A stretch of 64,000 bases of DNA, taken from the NCBI RefSeq assembly GCF_009914755.1, contig NC_060927.1; one strand, written 5' to 3'. The notes under the pieces are model-generated. The model was not told the DNA's origin. It did not search any database and worked only from the letters and a program-made list of their open reading frames with translations. Position numbers and translations under genes: made by a program. Shown in pieces: positions 31,543 to 45,637 of this stretch; the stretch's first letter is position 1, and every line of letters begins with the position of its first letter. Source of the stretch: the human T2T-CHM13v2.0 reference genome, Homo sapiens.

Positions 31543-31687
31543 TGTAAACTTAGTTCCACCAAAATTCATCATGATAATTCTCAATATATATTCATTTAAA
31601 TTAATTACATTTAAATTAATTAATTTACATTAAATCAATATATATTTATTGAGAATTATGATGAATTTTGGTGGAAGTAAATTTATA
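31543..31687. repeat. ~145-bp imperfect inverted repeat (hairpin)
   Basis: TTCCACCAAAATTCATCAT(GAT)AATTCTCAATA (31554-31586) is the reverse complement of TATTGAGAATTATGATGAATTTTGGTGGAA (31647-31676). Pairing extends outward and inward with a few mismatches. Confidence 0.93.
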
Positions 31688-33689
31688 TATTATATGCATA
31701 TATATTTGAAATAGATATATATTTATATACATATATTTCTCTCTATATATGCTTATTGCATCCTTTACCTTTGATTTGGAGAATTTCTAATAGTGTTCCT
31801 GCCCTTGGAAGCTGTCTCTTTCTCTTTATGTCCTTTAATCTGTGGTCTTCCTTGTCAAGCTGATTGTTTCTGCATTTTACTCTCATAGATTCTTTAACCA
31901 ATTTGATTCACTGAAGATAATCTTTTTTGTTTGTTGCTAGTATTATAATTTTGTTTGGTCTATTACATTTTTTATGTCTTCTCTAGGGAAGCAAAAGATC
32001 TAAGCATTTGTTCTCAGACTAATATCTTGATCTAATTTTCTATGTATCTTTTTGTTCTTATCACACATTTTTATAATAGGATTTGAGGCTCTTTGAAAGA
32101 ACACATTTGGTAAAATATAATAAAATACTTGAGGGAATGAGAAGATATGAATAAGTAAAAATGGAAAGAAAACAGCAAGAAATTAGTCTGGTACTTGTAG
32201 GAATTTAGACCTTTGGCAGGCTTGGAGCTTAGTCCTGATGAGAGATGGTAAAGCTAAGTGTATACTGGGAAACTCACCTTTGACTTGCCCAGAAATAAAT
32301 TTCCTAGGATTGGTTTTGCACAGTCTCTAGAACCTAGTGGATAGAAAGGTGTTTAGCCAGAGTTTCCAAATTGTAAATCTTCCACTAGAATGGAAAAGTG
32401 GTAGTTCTGATTATGTTCAGGATTTTATTCCACCAAGACAGAATCATTGGCAGCCGGGCATCTCAGAGAGAACTGATTATACATTAGCTTACACATTCTG
32501 TGAGAGAAGGTCGTATGCCAGACTTTTCTTCAAGTATTCTGAACCACAATATAATAATGCCAGTACTAAGGAAGTGATAAAGAAACAACCACTGAATTTT
32601 CTTGACAGAAATGAAGAGTTGATTATGTAATCTTTTGTGAGCATTATGGTAAGGTTCTCCAGCTGCCTATCTTTGCCCTAGGGCTTTTTGACTTGGCCTT
32701 TTTGTGAAAGCAACAGAACTTAGTTGGACAGAAGCTCCAGAGGGCTGGATGATATAGAGAGAATAAAAAAAGATAATCTATGATGAACCTCTGATTCACA
32801 GCATCCTTTTATTAATAGTAAGGCATAATAAAATGCAAGCATCACCCAAGGAATTAAAGGATTTTTTGATCAGGAATTATAGATTCTAATTATAGATCTT
32901 TAGTTATTTCCTGAGTAACCCCTGGAAATTCAATTATTCTTTTATTTATTCTTCTATGAAAGGGAGTGAAAGGAAATTCTAATATTTTTTAATAGTGTTA
33001 AAAAGAGTTAAGAGAAAAATTGGAGGCAAATGAAACTTTTGAAATGGGAAGTAATTCAGATATCATTCTTGACATATTCATGTTCATTTAACTGTAACTC
33101 ACCCTGTTCAAGTCTTAGACTACTTTCAAGTATGGCTCAGTGTTTTCAGGACTCAGTAGCTTTATGATTTATTATTTTTTCCAGGTCTAATCCACATCAT
33201 ATCCCAGAGTTACTTCTGAGCAAATGTCTTTTCTGTTCTGTGCTTCAATAAATCCCACCACATAATTGAGTTTACAGTAGAAACTGCTTGAAAGAAGAAA
33301 TGAGTTTAAAACTTGAATTAAGTTTCCTCAGATAAGAACAAATTTTTTTCCTCCCTGAAGAACCTTATGAGCATGTGCTCACTCTTAAGGAAAGTAGCCT
33401 GGACTTGGTAATAATTGACCAAGCTGTAACTTGAGGAACTGTCTAACCCCCAGAGGAAAATCAATCGAGGACTATTGTAAGGTTGTGATGTGCTTATTTC
33501 TCTTGTGGGGTGTGGAGGGTACTTCCTGAATCATAGTGGGAGATCAATTTTTTGTTCATTCTTTTCAGTGCAGATCCTTAAGAGTATAATCAACACTTTT
33601 TGATCCTCCCTGAGCCAAATTGATTGCTCCTTCTTCTACATCCAACCAAAATTTTGTATACTTCTTATTTTAGCCTTCCTGAGATTTAG

Positions 33690-33905
33690 AAATACAGCAG
33701 ACTGTGGGCTTTAGAGACAGAGAGATGCGGTTTCAAGTACTGTCTCTGCCACTAATTAACCATGTAACTTAAAACAAGTTGTTCATCAGTAGAGTAGGGA
33801 TAATAACAACTATTTCTTTGGCTTGGTGTGAGAGTTAAATATGCTACTGAATGTAAATTCCACAGAGAAATGTCTGGCACCTTATAGACACACAGTCAAT
33901 TGCAG
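33690..33905 (+). mobile_element. MIR SINE
   Basis: GGGCTTTAGAGACAGA...CTCTGCCACTAATTAACCATGTAACTT...GGGATAATAA...GTCTGGCAC. Confidence 0.8.
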
Positions 33906-34199
33906 GATGGCCCATGTGTGGTAAGATAAGAGAGAGAGAAGTTAGATCACAACCTCCATCTATGTACCATAGTATGAACAAAAATAGATGTCCTATTGCT
34001 GCACTGGCCACCATCAAACACATAGAATGGTACTGTTTTACACAGCAGTCTTTAAAATGTGTAAGCCAGAGAAAGAGGAGTACAATAATATCCAAGACTT
34101 TGCATGGTTTGTCAATGCTCCTAATAATATTTCCACCCCATAAAGAATGCAAAAAGAAAAGTAGATGGGTGGACAAATTCTGATAAATCTTGTCTATAT

Positions 34200-35890
34200 A
34201 CTAAAGTAAAAAGTAGGTTCGGTCCAGAGGATGTCAAAGAGGTTGATTATCATCAGTATTATTGTTTTGAATGTCTTAGCTAGTATAGTTATATGAGAAA
34301 AAAAGAACTATGAAAGTGAGAATGAAACACATAAAATTATTTTTATTTGCAGACGATATGATTGTGTACTATTAAAATTCAGGAGAATTGTCTGAAAACT
34401 ATTAGAAATAAAAAACAGAGTTCAGAAAATTCCCTGTTTGCAAAATTTATATTAAAATCATTGGTTTTTCTATATGTCAACTATAAACAGAAAATTTAAT
34501 AAAGAAAATATCCCATTTATAATACCAGGAAAGAAAAGACTTAAAAAGCTCGTAAGAAGAAATATTCAGGGTTTATGTGAAGGAAACTTTAAAACTCTTT
34601 TGAGAGATATAAAAGAAGACTTGGAAAATAGACATAACTTATTCTTAGAAAGCCTCAATATCATAAAGATGTTATCTTGCAAAATTAATTTATGAAGCCT
34701 ATGCCATCTAAAATAGAATACCAATGAGATGTTTTAGGGAAAACTTTACAAAATATTTTCTGAGAAATATATTTATATAATTGCTACAATTCTGAAAAAA
34801 AGAAAAAATAGGGTCAGTGGAATAAAGTTTAGATTCTAGAAAATATTCATCCAGAAATATATGGAAGTGTTATCTATAATAAATATGGAATTGCATCAGT
34901 AGGAAAGACGGGTTAAATGAAAAATAGTGTTGTGAAAGTTGAATTGACATTTGTGGAAAAAAATAAACTTGGATGGCTATGATTACTTCAGTTTCAAAAT
35001 GAATTCGAGATCTGCTAATCATGTAAATACAAAAAATAAAACCTTAGCAATATTACAACAAAGCAATGACAAATGAGTCATTTAATTTATATGAAATATT
35101 AATGAAGTAGTTAATTAAAAATGAAAAACTAGAGTATGGCCACAGCATGGTAGTATGAAAAATAAAAATAAAACTTCACAAAATTCTTGCAATATATACA
35201 CTGGTTTTGAAAAATTATTAATAAATAAATATTGCACCCATAAAATGGGCAATTATTTTACAGAAAATGAGACAAAATATAAATAAACATAAAAATTCTA
35301 GTTTTCACTTATATTTAAGTGAATAGAAATAAAATGAGATAGTATTTATGTCTATTTAATTGGCAAAAGTGAATACCATAAATAATACCAATTTTAAGAA
35401 GGTCTTGGAATATGGACATTCTCCTTTGATTGAAGTCCAAACTGATTCCACTTTGGAAGTAATTTATCAATATCCAACACAATTTTAAATGTGCACACCA
35501 TTTCACCCAACAATTTCATTACCAGGGGTTGACCTAGGGACACTTTTTTAAAACTACACAATAATATGGAAGATAGCTTTCTAACAGTTAAAAAAAACTA
35601 TATAAGTTATGATGCATTAAATAAAATATAACACTGTATAGTCAAGCAACAAAATTCTACACAGTTTAAAAAGTGTGCTACATTGGTATTTACTGTTATC
35701 AGTAGATCTTCAAAATATATTATAAAACTGTAAAAGCAAGGTATAGTTACACTGGGTGATCTGGTGATCTTTTTTGCATAGGTAAACTGTGTGTGTGTGT
35801 TTGCACATGTGTGCATATTATATTACTTGCATATTTTAACTAAGAGTTAAGAATATTTTGGTACTTTTTTGTTATGTTTCTAATGTTATT
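34200..35890 (+). mobile_element. Highly decayed L1ME-like ORF2/3' fragment
   Basis: TTATTTGCAGACGATATGATTGTGTAC (FADD motif remnant) at ~34345; NFKTLLRDIKEDL in ORF 34474-34695. Confidence 0.75.
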
Positions 35891-37572
35891 GGGGATTGGA
35901 TAATGAGAAACTATTTTTTAAATACAAACTTTATTTTTTAGAGCAATTTTGGGTTAATAGTGAAATTAAGTGGGTAGAACAGAAATGTTCCACATACCCA
36001 CTGCCCCAAAACATGACGAGCCTTCTCACCATCATCCTCCTGTACCAGAACGTTACATTTGTCACAATCAATAAACCTACATTGAAACATCATTATCACT
36101 CAAAGTTCATAGTTTACACTAGGATGTACTCTTGGTGTGTATGTTCTGTGGGTTTGAACAAAGTATAATGACATGTGTCCACCATTGTGATATCATACAG
36201 AGTAGTTTCACTACTCTGAAAAATCCTCTGTGCTCTGGCTGTTCATCTCTGCCTTCCCCTTATTCCCTGGCAATCATTGATTTTTTTTTTTCATTGTTTT
36301 GCATTTTCCAGAATGTCATATAGTTGGAATAATAATATATAAAGCTTTGAAGACTGCCTTCTTTCACTTAGCAATATGCATTTAAGATTCCTTCATGTCT
36401 TTTGTTGTCAACATCTCTTTTCTTTTTGCACTGAATAATATTTCATTGTATGGAATTCCCATAGTTTATGTATATATCCATCTATTAAAGAACAACTTGG
36501 TTGCTTCCAAATTTTGGCAATTATGAGTAAATTTGCTATAAATACCTGTGTGCAGGTTTTTGTCTGAACATAAATTTCTAAATTGTTTGGGTAAATACTA
36601 AGACGTGCAAATTGCTCAACCATATAGTAAGTATATTTTTAGTTGTATAAGAAATTGCCAAACTGTATCCAATGTTGGCTGTACCATTTTGTATTCTTAC
36701 CAGGATTGAAGAACAGTTTTTGTTGCTCTATCTCCTTGCTAGCATTTGGTATTGTTTGTTTTTTCAGTTTTAACCATTCTAATAGGTATATAGTAGTAAC
36801 TTGTTCTTTACATTTACAATTCCCTAATGATGTAAAATGTTGAGCATCTTTTCATATGTTTGTCATCAACACATTTTTTTGGTGAGGTGTCTTCAGATCT
36901 TTATCCCATTTTAAAATCAGATTGTTAATTTTGTTATTGTTGAGTTTAAGAATTCTTGTTTATTTCAGATATAATTTAGATAAATTCTTGTTTATTTTAG
37001 ATAGTCATTTATCTTATGTTTTTTTTTAAATATTTTTTCCCAGTCTGTGGCTTGTTTTCTCATTCTCTTGGCAGTGTCTTTAACAGAGCAAAGGTTTTTA
37101 ATTTTAATGAAGTTAAATTTGTCAACTTTTTGTTTCATGGAACATATATCTTTGGTGCTGTTTCTGAGAAGTCATTACTAAGGTCATCTAGAATTTCCCC
37201 TATAGTATATTCTAGAATTTTTATAGTTTTGGATTTTACATTTAGGTCTATGATTTATTTTGAGTTAATTTTTGTGAAGGGTGTAAGGTCTGTATCTAGA
37301 TTCACTCATTTTGCCTGTGGATATCCAGTTGTTCCAGTTCTATTTGTTAGAAAGACTGTATTTTTTTTCTATTGAATTACTTTTACTCTTTTGTCAAAGA
37401 TCAGTTGAGTCTGTCTGTGTCTATTTTTGAGCCCTCCATTTTGTTTCATTTATCTATGTTTCTATTTTTTTCTCTAATACCACCCTGTCTTAATTACTAT
37501 AGTTTTACACTCTGTCTTGAGATTAGGTAATGTCAGTCCTTTGATTTTTTTCTTCAGTATCATGTTGGCTAT

Positions 37573-37978
37573 TGTACTGATTTTCTGGGGTTGCCATAAC
37601 AAAGTACCATAGACTAGGTGGCTTAAACAAAAGAAAATTATTCTCTTACAGTTCTTGGAGGCTGGAAGTCCAAAATCAAGGTGCTGGCAGGGTTGGTTTC
37701 CTCTGAGGCCTCTCTTAAGCTTGTCGATGACCACCTTCTTATTGCCTCTTCACATGGACTTTTGTCTGTACAAAGACATCCCTGGTATCTCTAGTATGTC
37801 CTAATCTCCTCTACTTATAATGACACTAGTCAGACTGGATTTGGACCTACTCTAAGATCTCATTTTAACTTGTCTACCTCTTTAATGGCTCTATGTACAG
37901 GTATAGTCACAATCTGAGCTATTGGAGATTATGACTCCAATATATGAATTTTAGGGGAGGACACTTCAGTTCACAACA
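37573..37978 (-). mobile_element. MaLR solo LTR (MLT1B/C-like)
   Basis: GCCATAACAAAGTACCATAGACTAGGTGGCTTAAACAA...GGAGGCTGGAAGTCC, with 5-bp TSD GCTAT (37568-37572 and 37979-37983). Confidence 0.92.
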
Positions 37979-38021
37979 GCTATTCTGGATCTTTTGCCTC
38001 TCCATCTAAACTTTAGAATTA

Positions 38022-38771
<750 letters not shown>

Positions 38772-39220
38772 TAGTTTGTCAGTATCTACAAAGTAACATG
38801 ATGGGTTTTAAAAATTGATATTATGTAGAATGTATAGATCTGGTGGGAAAAGACTGACATCTTGAGAATACTGAGTCTTCCTATCCGTAAGCATAGAGTA
38901 TTTCTCCATGATTTAGTTTTTCTTTGATTTCTATCAGAGTTTTGGAATTGCCCCCATATAGATCTTACACTTATTTTGTTAGATTTACATCTATATATTC
39001 TGTTTTGGGGGGTGTGATGTAAATGGTATTATGTTTTTAATTTCAAGTTCCAATTATTCATTGCTGTTCTCTAGGAAAACAACTGAGATTTGTATATTAA
39101 CCTTGTGTTATGGGATGAATTGTGCTCCTCACCCCCCAAAATTTGTATTTTGAAACCTTAACTCCTAGCACCTTAGAATGTGATTATATTTGGATATAGG
39201 GCTCTTAAATGGATAATTAA

Positions 39221-39607
<387 letters not shown>

Positions 39608-39759
39608 TGAGAGACACCAGAAATGTGTGTGCACAGGGGAAAGACCATGTGAGAACATGGTGAGAAGGCATCTCTATGCAAGCCAAGGAGAGAGGCAATC
39701 CTAATGACACTTCATTTTAGACTTCTAGCCCCCAGGACTGTGAGAAAATAAATTCCGGC

Positions 39760-40529
39760 TGAAACAGGGAAAGTTCCCTTGTCTCCCTAGCAGGCTGTGC
39801 AGTGGGGGTGTGGCTCACTTCTTCAGTGCCTCGCTACTCAAATCCCCAGGGGGAGCAGGCAGATAGGCAGGTTGTGGAGCTCCGACTCGACGGCAGCATC
39901 TGGGGGTATATGTTTACAGTTCCTGAAGCCCCAGTGGGCATGTGTTACAGTGTGCTCTTTTAGTTTTTCCATCCGTAGGCAGCTTGTGTTAGTCAGCTCA
40001 ATTAGACCCTTTGCCTTATCACAATGACAGAGGGCTTTCTGTATCCTGGGGTTTCTTGCCTTGGTGTACTGGAAGAATTGGATCACACATGGGCTTGGAG
40101 AATGAGTGCAAGGTTTTATTGATTAGAAGTAACTCTCAGCAGATGGAGGAGCCAGAAGGGAGATGGAATGGGAAGGTAGTTTTCCTTTCTGAAGTCGGAC
40201 CACTTAGTGGCCTGGGCTCTCCTTCGACTGCCCTGGCCAAACTCCGCATCAATCCGCCGGTTGATGGCCTGCCGGCCTGCCGCTGTCTGTTGGTCTGCTC
40301 CTGCACCGGTGAGTTCCTCTCCACGTCCAGCTGCTTGTGTGCCTGCCTGCTAGGGTCTCAGGGTTTTTATAGGCACAGGATGGGGGTGTGGTGGGCCAGG
40401 ATGGTCTTGGGAAAGACAACATTTGGGCAGGAAAACAGAAATGCCTGTCATCACCTAGGTCCATGGGGACAGGCTGCGGGGGGTGGAGCCCTAGCCAGAG
40501 ACTACACCCTTCCTTTCCCAGCACGTCCC
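39760..40529 (-). mobile_element. ERV1 solo LTR (LTR9-like, HUERS-P3 group)
   Basis: TGAAACAGGGAAAGTTCCC terminus, antisense AATAAA (TTTATT ~40115) and TATA box (TTTTTATAGG ~40364), GGGCTTGGAGAATGAGTGCAAGG motif. The 5' terminus of the LTR is eroded. Confidence 0.8.
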
Positions 40530-42094
40530 TGTTGTTTAAGAAGCACAATCTGTGGTATTTTGTTATGGAAGTACTAGCAAACTAATAGACCTTATATGCT
40601 GCAACTTTGCTCTAATTTCTTAGTTCCAAGAAGTTGTTTTGTTTTGTTTTTTGTAGATTCTTTTACATTTTTGACTTTTGCTTTGAGTGTTTTCTGCTTT
40701 ATAACGTAAGAAAAACCTAATGTGTATTTCTAAAATATATAAATAATATACATCATTCTTCTTCCATGAATTGCAGTGATGTACATACCCTCCATATAAG
40801 AATGTACATATTTAGGACAGCAGCATATGGTTAGGTCATAAACATTATGCACTCAATATTTGTTTAATGAATAAGTTAGAGTTTAAATATACTGTTTGCT
40901 CCTATAATTTTCTAATAAGTTTTAGAAAAAAATGACTCCTCAAAATAAGAAAGAATTGTTGAGATATGAAATAAATGAAAAGAGGAGAAAAGCTAATTGC
41001 ATAGAGGGAACTGTCTTCTGCCAACTGATCCTGGAGAGAAAATCCTCCCAGGAGCTCCATTCACAGATGAAAGAACAAGATTGTCTAAGATATAAAAAAA
41101 TTGAGGCTCTACTTGATAATCTTCTCAAATTTACTCCATTCTGTTTCTCCAGTTTTTAAATGTGTTCTTGGCCAAGAGGGCACTAGCTGAAGAGTGTGCA
41201 ATTCCTGCAAGATTTCCTCTATGATCAAAGACAAAAATGAAATATATCTGGCACTTACAGAAAGAAAGTTATATTAGAGGTCTAACTTACTATATGATTT
41301 TTTCCTCTTTAAGTGAATTGTTTCTATTAGAGCTAGGCTGTATGTATCCTTATTATCAAAAGTTAATAGTTAACTGGAAAGTAGCCCAAGGTTTGACACA
41401 TCGTAAGTGCTCAAAATGTATGCATTGGCATGTACGTGGATGAATTACCAGTGCAGGAACAATGCATGTTAGATTTGGGCTTTTAACTCCTTGAAAGAGA
41501 TCTGTCCAGCTTTGTTGCCTGTAGGACTGAACAAAGAAGCCTGTTTTTATGGGCTGATGAAGTAGACATCCCATAGTTTGTCACAGATGACTAAAATAAA
41601 TGTCTGCCTTAATAAAAAGAGAAATTATTTATATGGCTAAAAATAATCTATAAGCTACAAAATTATTTCCTGGTGAAGAAAGACCTTATAAATTATTGTT
41701 AAATTGAAGTGTCTTTATTACCCCTTCCCTGCTTTTGAGAGAGCAAGAGAGTAAAAAGAATATAGCATATTAAACAGCTGTCTTTATCTATGGGGCTAAC
41801 TAATGGTGTTTTCTAAAACATAATTCCCTGGATTTTGGAGGTAATGCAAATTAAAAATTAAGTTTGGTTGAAACTTTTCTGGCTAAGGCAAATTTTAATC
41901 ATAGAAAGTCAATACATATCTGCAGAGTTCTGAAAAGGAAATCATTCGGTCACCTGGCCTCACACATCTACTTCTATGTCTTTTGTCTAAGAAGCCAGGC
42001 ATGACCTAACCCTTGAAGAGTTTAAAGCCTTTTCTCTGCAGTCCACTCTCTTGTCTATCAGTGGAAGTAAGCATGTACTTAAAAATATCCTATT

Positions 42095-42210
42095 AATTAA
42101 ACTGAGTGCTCATGAGGTGCAAGCATCTGTGCTAGATATTTCTAGGAGATGCAGAGTAGATCAAGATAGAATGAGGCCTCATCACCTAAGAGACTTGCAA
42201 GCTAGGTGAA
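42095..42210 (-). mobile_element. L2 3' fragment
   Basis: ACTGAGTGCTCATGAGGTGCAAGCATCTGTGCTAGA resembles the antisense L2 tail. Confidence 0.55.
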
Positions 42211-42711
42211 AAGTCAGTTCATCTAACTTCTAATAGCTGGTACCAGAAGGAAAGGCTTATTCCTTAGGGGATTGTAATATTCTTTAGAGGGATGTAGTAA
42301 GATAATATTAAATTTCTATTGGTACTTATTTTTATCTAATGTCTAAAATTTCTATTGTTATCTTCTTTAATAATGCATATGTTATGTTAATATACTAGCA
42401 AATGTTGGTATAATAAACATGAATTGGGTGTATGGGCTTATTTCATGGAAAGTTTATTTTGTAGATAGAGGTAATGTTAAAACCATTTTGGAGAGTACTG
42501 GATATACCTGGTACTTGGTCTCACACACTTTAAAAAAATTATCAGTATTTAGCAGAGGACCTGGGACAGTGTAGTACTCCACCAGATGTATAAATAGGGA
42601 ACAACATTAGAGAAAGAGGTTGTTGAGGCTCATTTTCAGAGTTATGAGATAAAAATACCAAAAAAAATCTAGTGCTAATAGAGTACTTGCAATCAAAATT
42701 TTATCTGGTAA

Positions 42712-43193
42712 TGATGCAGGGCAGGCAAGCCCCCATACTGGGCTTAGCGTGGGAGGGTTCTTTGCTTCATCCGGGAAAGAATTCAAGGGCAAGCTGGTAG
42801 TGTTAGGAATTTTTATTGAAGCAGCAATGTATAGCAGCAACCGAGGAAGTTCTCCTTGTGGAGCAGAGCTAACTCATAGGTAGTGTGCCCAGAGTAGCAG
42901 CTCAGGAGCAGTTCTATAGTCATATTTATACCCACTTTTAACTACATGCAAATTAAGGAGCAGATTATGTAGAAATTTCTAGAAAAAGGGTGGTAACTTC
43001 TTGGTCATTGTGTCACTGCCATGGAAAGGGGCAGTAACTTCTGAGTGTTGCCATGGCAATGGTAAACTGACATGGCACTGGTGAGCATGTCTTAGGGAGA
43101 GGTACTTTCGCCTCTTCCCTGTTTCAGCTAGTCTTCCGTCTAGTCTTGAGTTCAAGTTCCCACCTCCAGAGTCAAGTCCTGCCTCCTACCTTA
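42712..43193 (-). mobile_element. ERV1 solo LTR (MER66-like)
   Basis: 4-bp TSD GTAA (42708-42711 and 43194-43197), GGAAAGAATTCAAGGGCAAGC, CATGCAAATTAAGG, terminus CCTGCCTCCTACCTTA. Confidence 0.82.
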
Positions 43194-45184
43194 GTAACAG
43201 CAGAATTATATGCAAAGCAAAACATAGACATTATTTCTCTTGGTATTTAGGTTGGTAACTGGAAGTTCCCTGCTCCTCTCATTCACTTGTCTTTTTTACA
43301 AAATTGTAGGAAGCTACTAATGTGTATATAATGTTTTGCTTAGGGTTTTTGTGACTTTTGTGCTAATTATCTGATTCTGAATGCAAAAGTTAACAATACA
43401 TATTTTTCTGCAATAGAGATTCGGAATTATAGATACCAACATGAATACTTTATTGCTCATCTGTGATATTTCTTCAAAGAAATGTCATTACAAGCACCTT
43501 TTTATGCTGGTAGATACAACATTTGGAAAATTGTTATCAGTAATTCAACAGGAATAAAGTGGAAAAAACCACCTTGATCTAATTTTACATAATTTAAAAA
43601 ATATCTATTCTCTCCTCTATGTAATTGAATCCCTGTGCCTCTTGCTTGTTCTTTCTGGAAATTCACATCCTCTTCATGAAACACAAAAGTTTGGTTGGGC
43701 TTAACGCTAAGTTTTCTTTTGCTCTAATGTGCTATGTTTCATGACAACACTTACAGATATTTGTTCCATATATATAAGGAATATTATTCTTGGCTGTATT
43801 TCAATTGGTATCTAATACCTTTTTAAGTCAAAAATAATATTTTGCTAAGTGTTTAGGTGCTTCAAATATTGGTAGAGTAATATTGTCATTCTTTTACTCC
43901 AGACATCATTTGGCTAATGTAACCATTTTTATTTCTCTTAATATTTCTTGATAAGTCAATTATTCCTCAGCAAGTCTTTTTTATTCTCTGGAACCCTGAT
44001 TAATGCATCAGAATCTTTCTGTAAGTCAGGTAGAAGAAGAATTCATGTTGATTGTGATTATGTGGCCTTATTAGAAATATGTGTATTTGATGATATCCTT
44101 ATATCTGAAAAATCATATACTGCCTGATCAGATGCTGAGAGAACATGGTCCATCATTTTTCTCTCAATGATTAATCATAATGTTAAGAAACATTAGCTTA
44201 TCTGAATCAATTGTAAAGTGTGTCATCATTGACTGATGACAAAATACTTTGCAAAAAATATTAAAGCAGATTCTAGTTGTTTCCTATAATAGAATCACTT
44301 TCACTCACACACCTCCATATGCTTTCTTGAGTGGGAGAGAAAGGATTGGAATTATGGGTGTTGCGAAGATTTAAAGATACATTGCAGAACACCTATTAGA
44401 AGACATTGGTTAGATTTTAAGCATCATTTCTGAGTGTGTTTCCCGTATGTATAGGTGGAGAGGGTGGGGAATTAAGAATTAATGATCCATATAATATATT
44501 ATCACGCTCAAGTTTGTGTCATCAGTATTGCCATAATTGCTATGATAGCCTACAAATTTATTTCCCTGTTCCTATTCTCCTCCTTACATGTTTTCTACCT
44601 AGCAACCAAGGTGATCTTTTATAAATATGTCAATTAAGCCACCTTCCTCTTTAAAAATGCCCAGAAGCTCATCATTGTGCTTAAAATAAAATCCATACTT
44701 ATCATGGCCTATGGCTCCTTAGGATTTGAACTCTTCTTTCCTCTTAGACTTAATCTTTACTAGTTTTCCCTTTGCTCACCATCTGTAATTCAACCTCAAA
44801 CACATCTCAGCAGATGCTGTCAGTGTCACATCCATACTCTCTGACACTTACATTTGTATACATCCCAGCTGGACTTTGAATTATCAGCCTGTGCATTTAT
44901 TTGCCTGAAATCTTTCTTTGCTACAAGAGGCTGCTAAGTCTGCAAAAGAGGCAGTCTGGAAGTTATAGGGAATTAATACCTCTTAGAAATAACCCTCAAT
45001 CAAGAACTGACCAAAGTGAGTATATAAATACACCTAACTTCTTTATCCTTCAGGTGGGGTAGATGTGTATTTTACACTGCCTCCCAGAGTTGCACAGCAG
45101 GACGAAGTTGTCATTGACCACTGTAGTAACTTGCTGAGTTATAAAACCTTTACTGACATCTTTACCTTCACTGCATCACCTCTC

Positions 45185-45637
45185 TTTCATGCGCGTCCAT
45201 GTGAAGAGACCACCAAACAGGCTTTGTGTGAGCAATAAAGCTGTTTATTTCACCTGGGTGCAGGCGGGCTGAGTCCGAAAAGAGAGTCAGCGAAGGGAGA
45301 TAAGGGTGGGGCCATTTTATAGGATTTGGGTAGGTAAAGGAAAATTACAGTCAAAGGGGGTTTGTTCTCTGGCGGGCAGGAGTGGGGGTCGCAAGGTGCT
45401 CAGTGGGGGTGCTTTTGGAGCCAGGATGAGCCAGGAAAAGGACTTTCACAAGGTAATGTCATCAGTTAAGGCAAGGACCAGCCATTTACACTTCTTTTGT
45501 GGTGGAATGTCATCAGTTAAGGTGGGGCAAGGCATATTCACTTCTTTTGTGATTCTTCAGTTACTTCAGGCCATGTGGGCATATACGTGCAAGTCACAGG
45601 GGATGCGATGGCTTGGCTTGGGCTCAGAGGCCTGACA
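45185..45637 (-). mobile_element. LTR7 (HERV-H 3' LTR), complete, 453 bp
   Basis: In element sense TGTCAGGCCTCTGAGCCCAAGC...GGACGCGCATGAAA. TATA box at 45315-45323, AATAAA at 45244-45249, polypurine tract AAGAAGGCAGGAA immediately upstream (45638-45650). Confidence 0.96.

Noticed and set aside
32337-32630. 97-aa ORF in non-repetitive sequence
   Set aside because: GTG start, no recognisable domain, no convincing splice or promoter context; the length is compatible with chance.
40011-40577. 188-aa ORF
   Set aside because: Antisense read-through of a GC-rich LTR9-like LTR with a non-ATG start; the similar ORFs at 8105-8886 are likewise LTR-derived.
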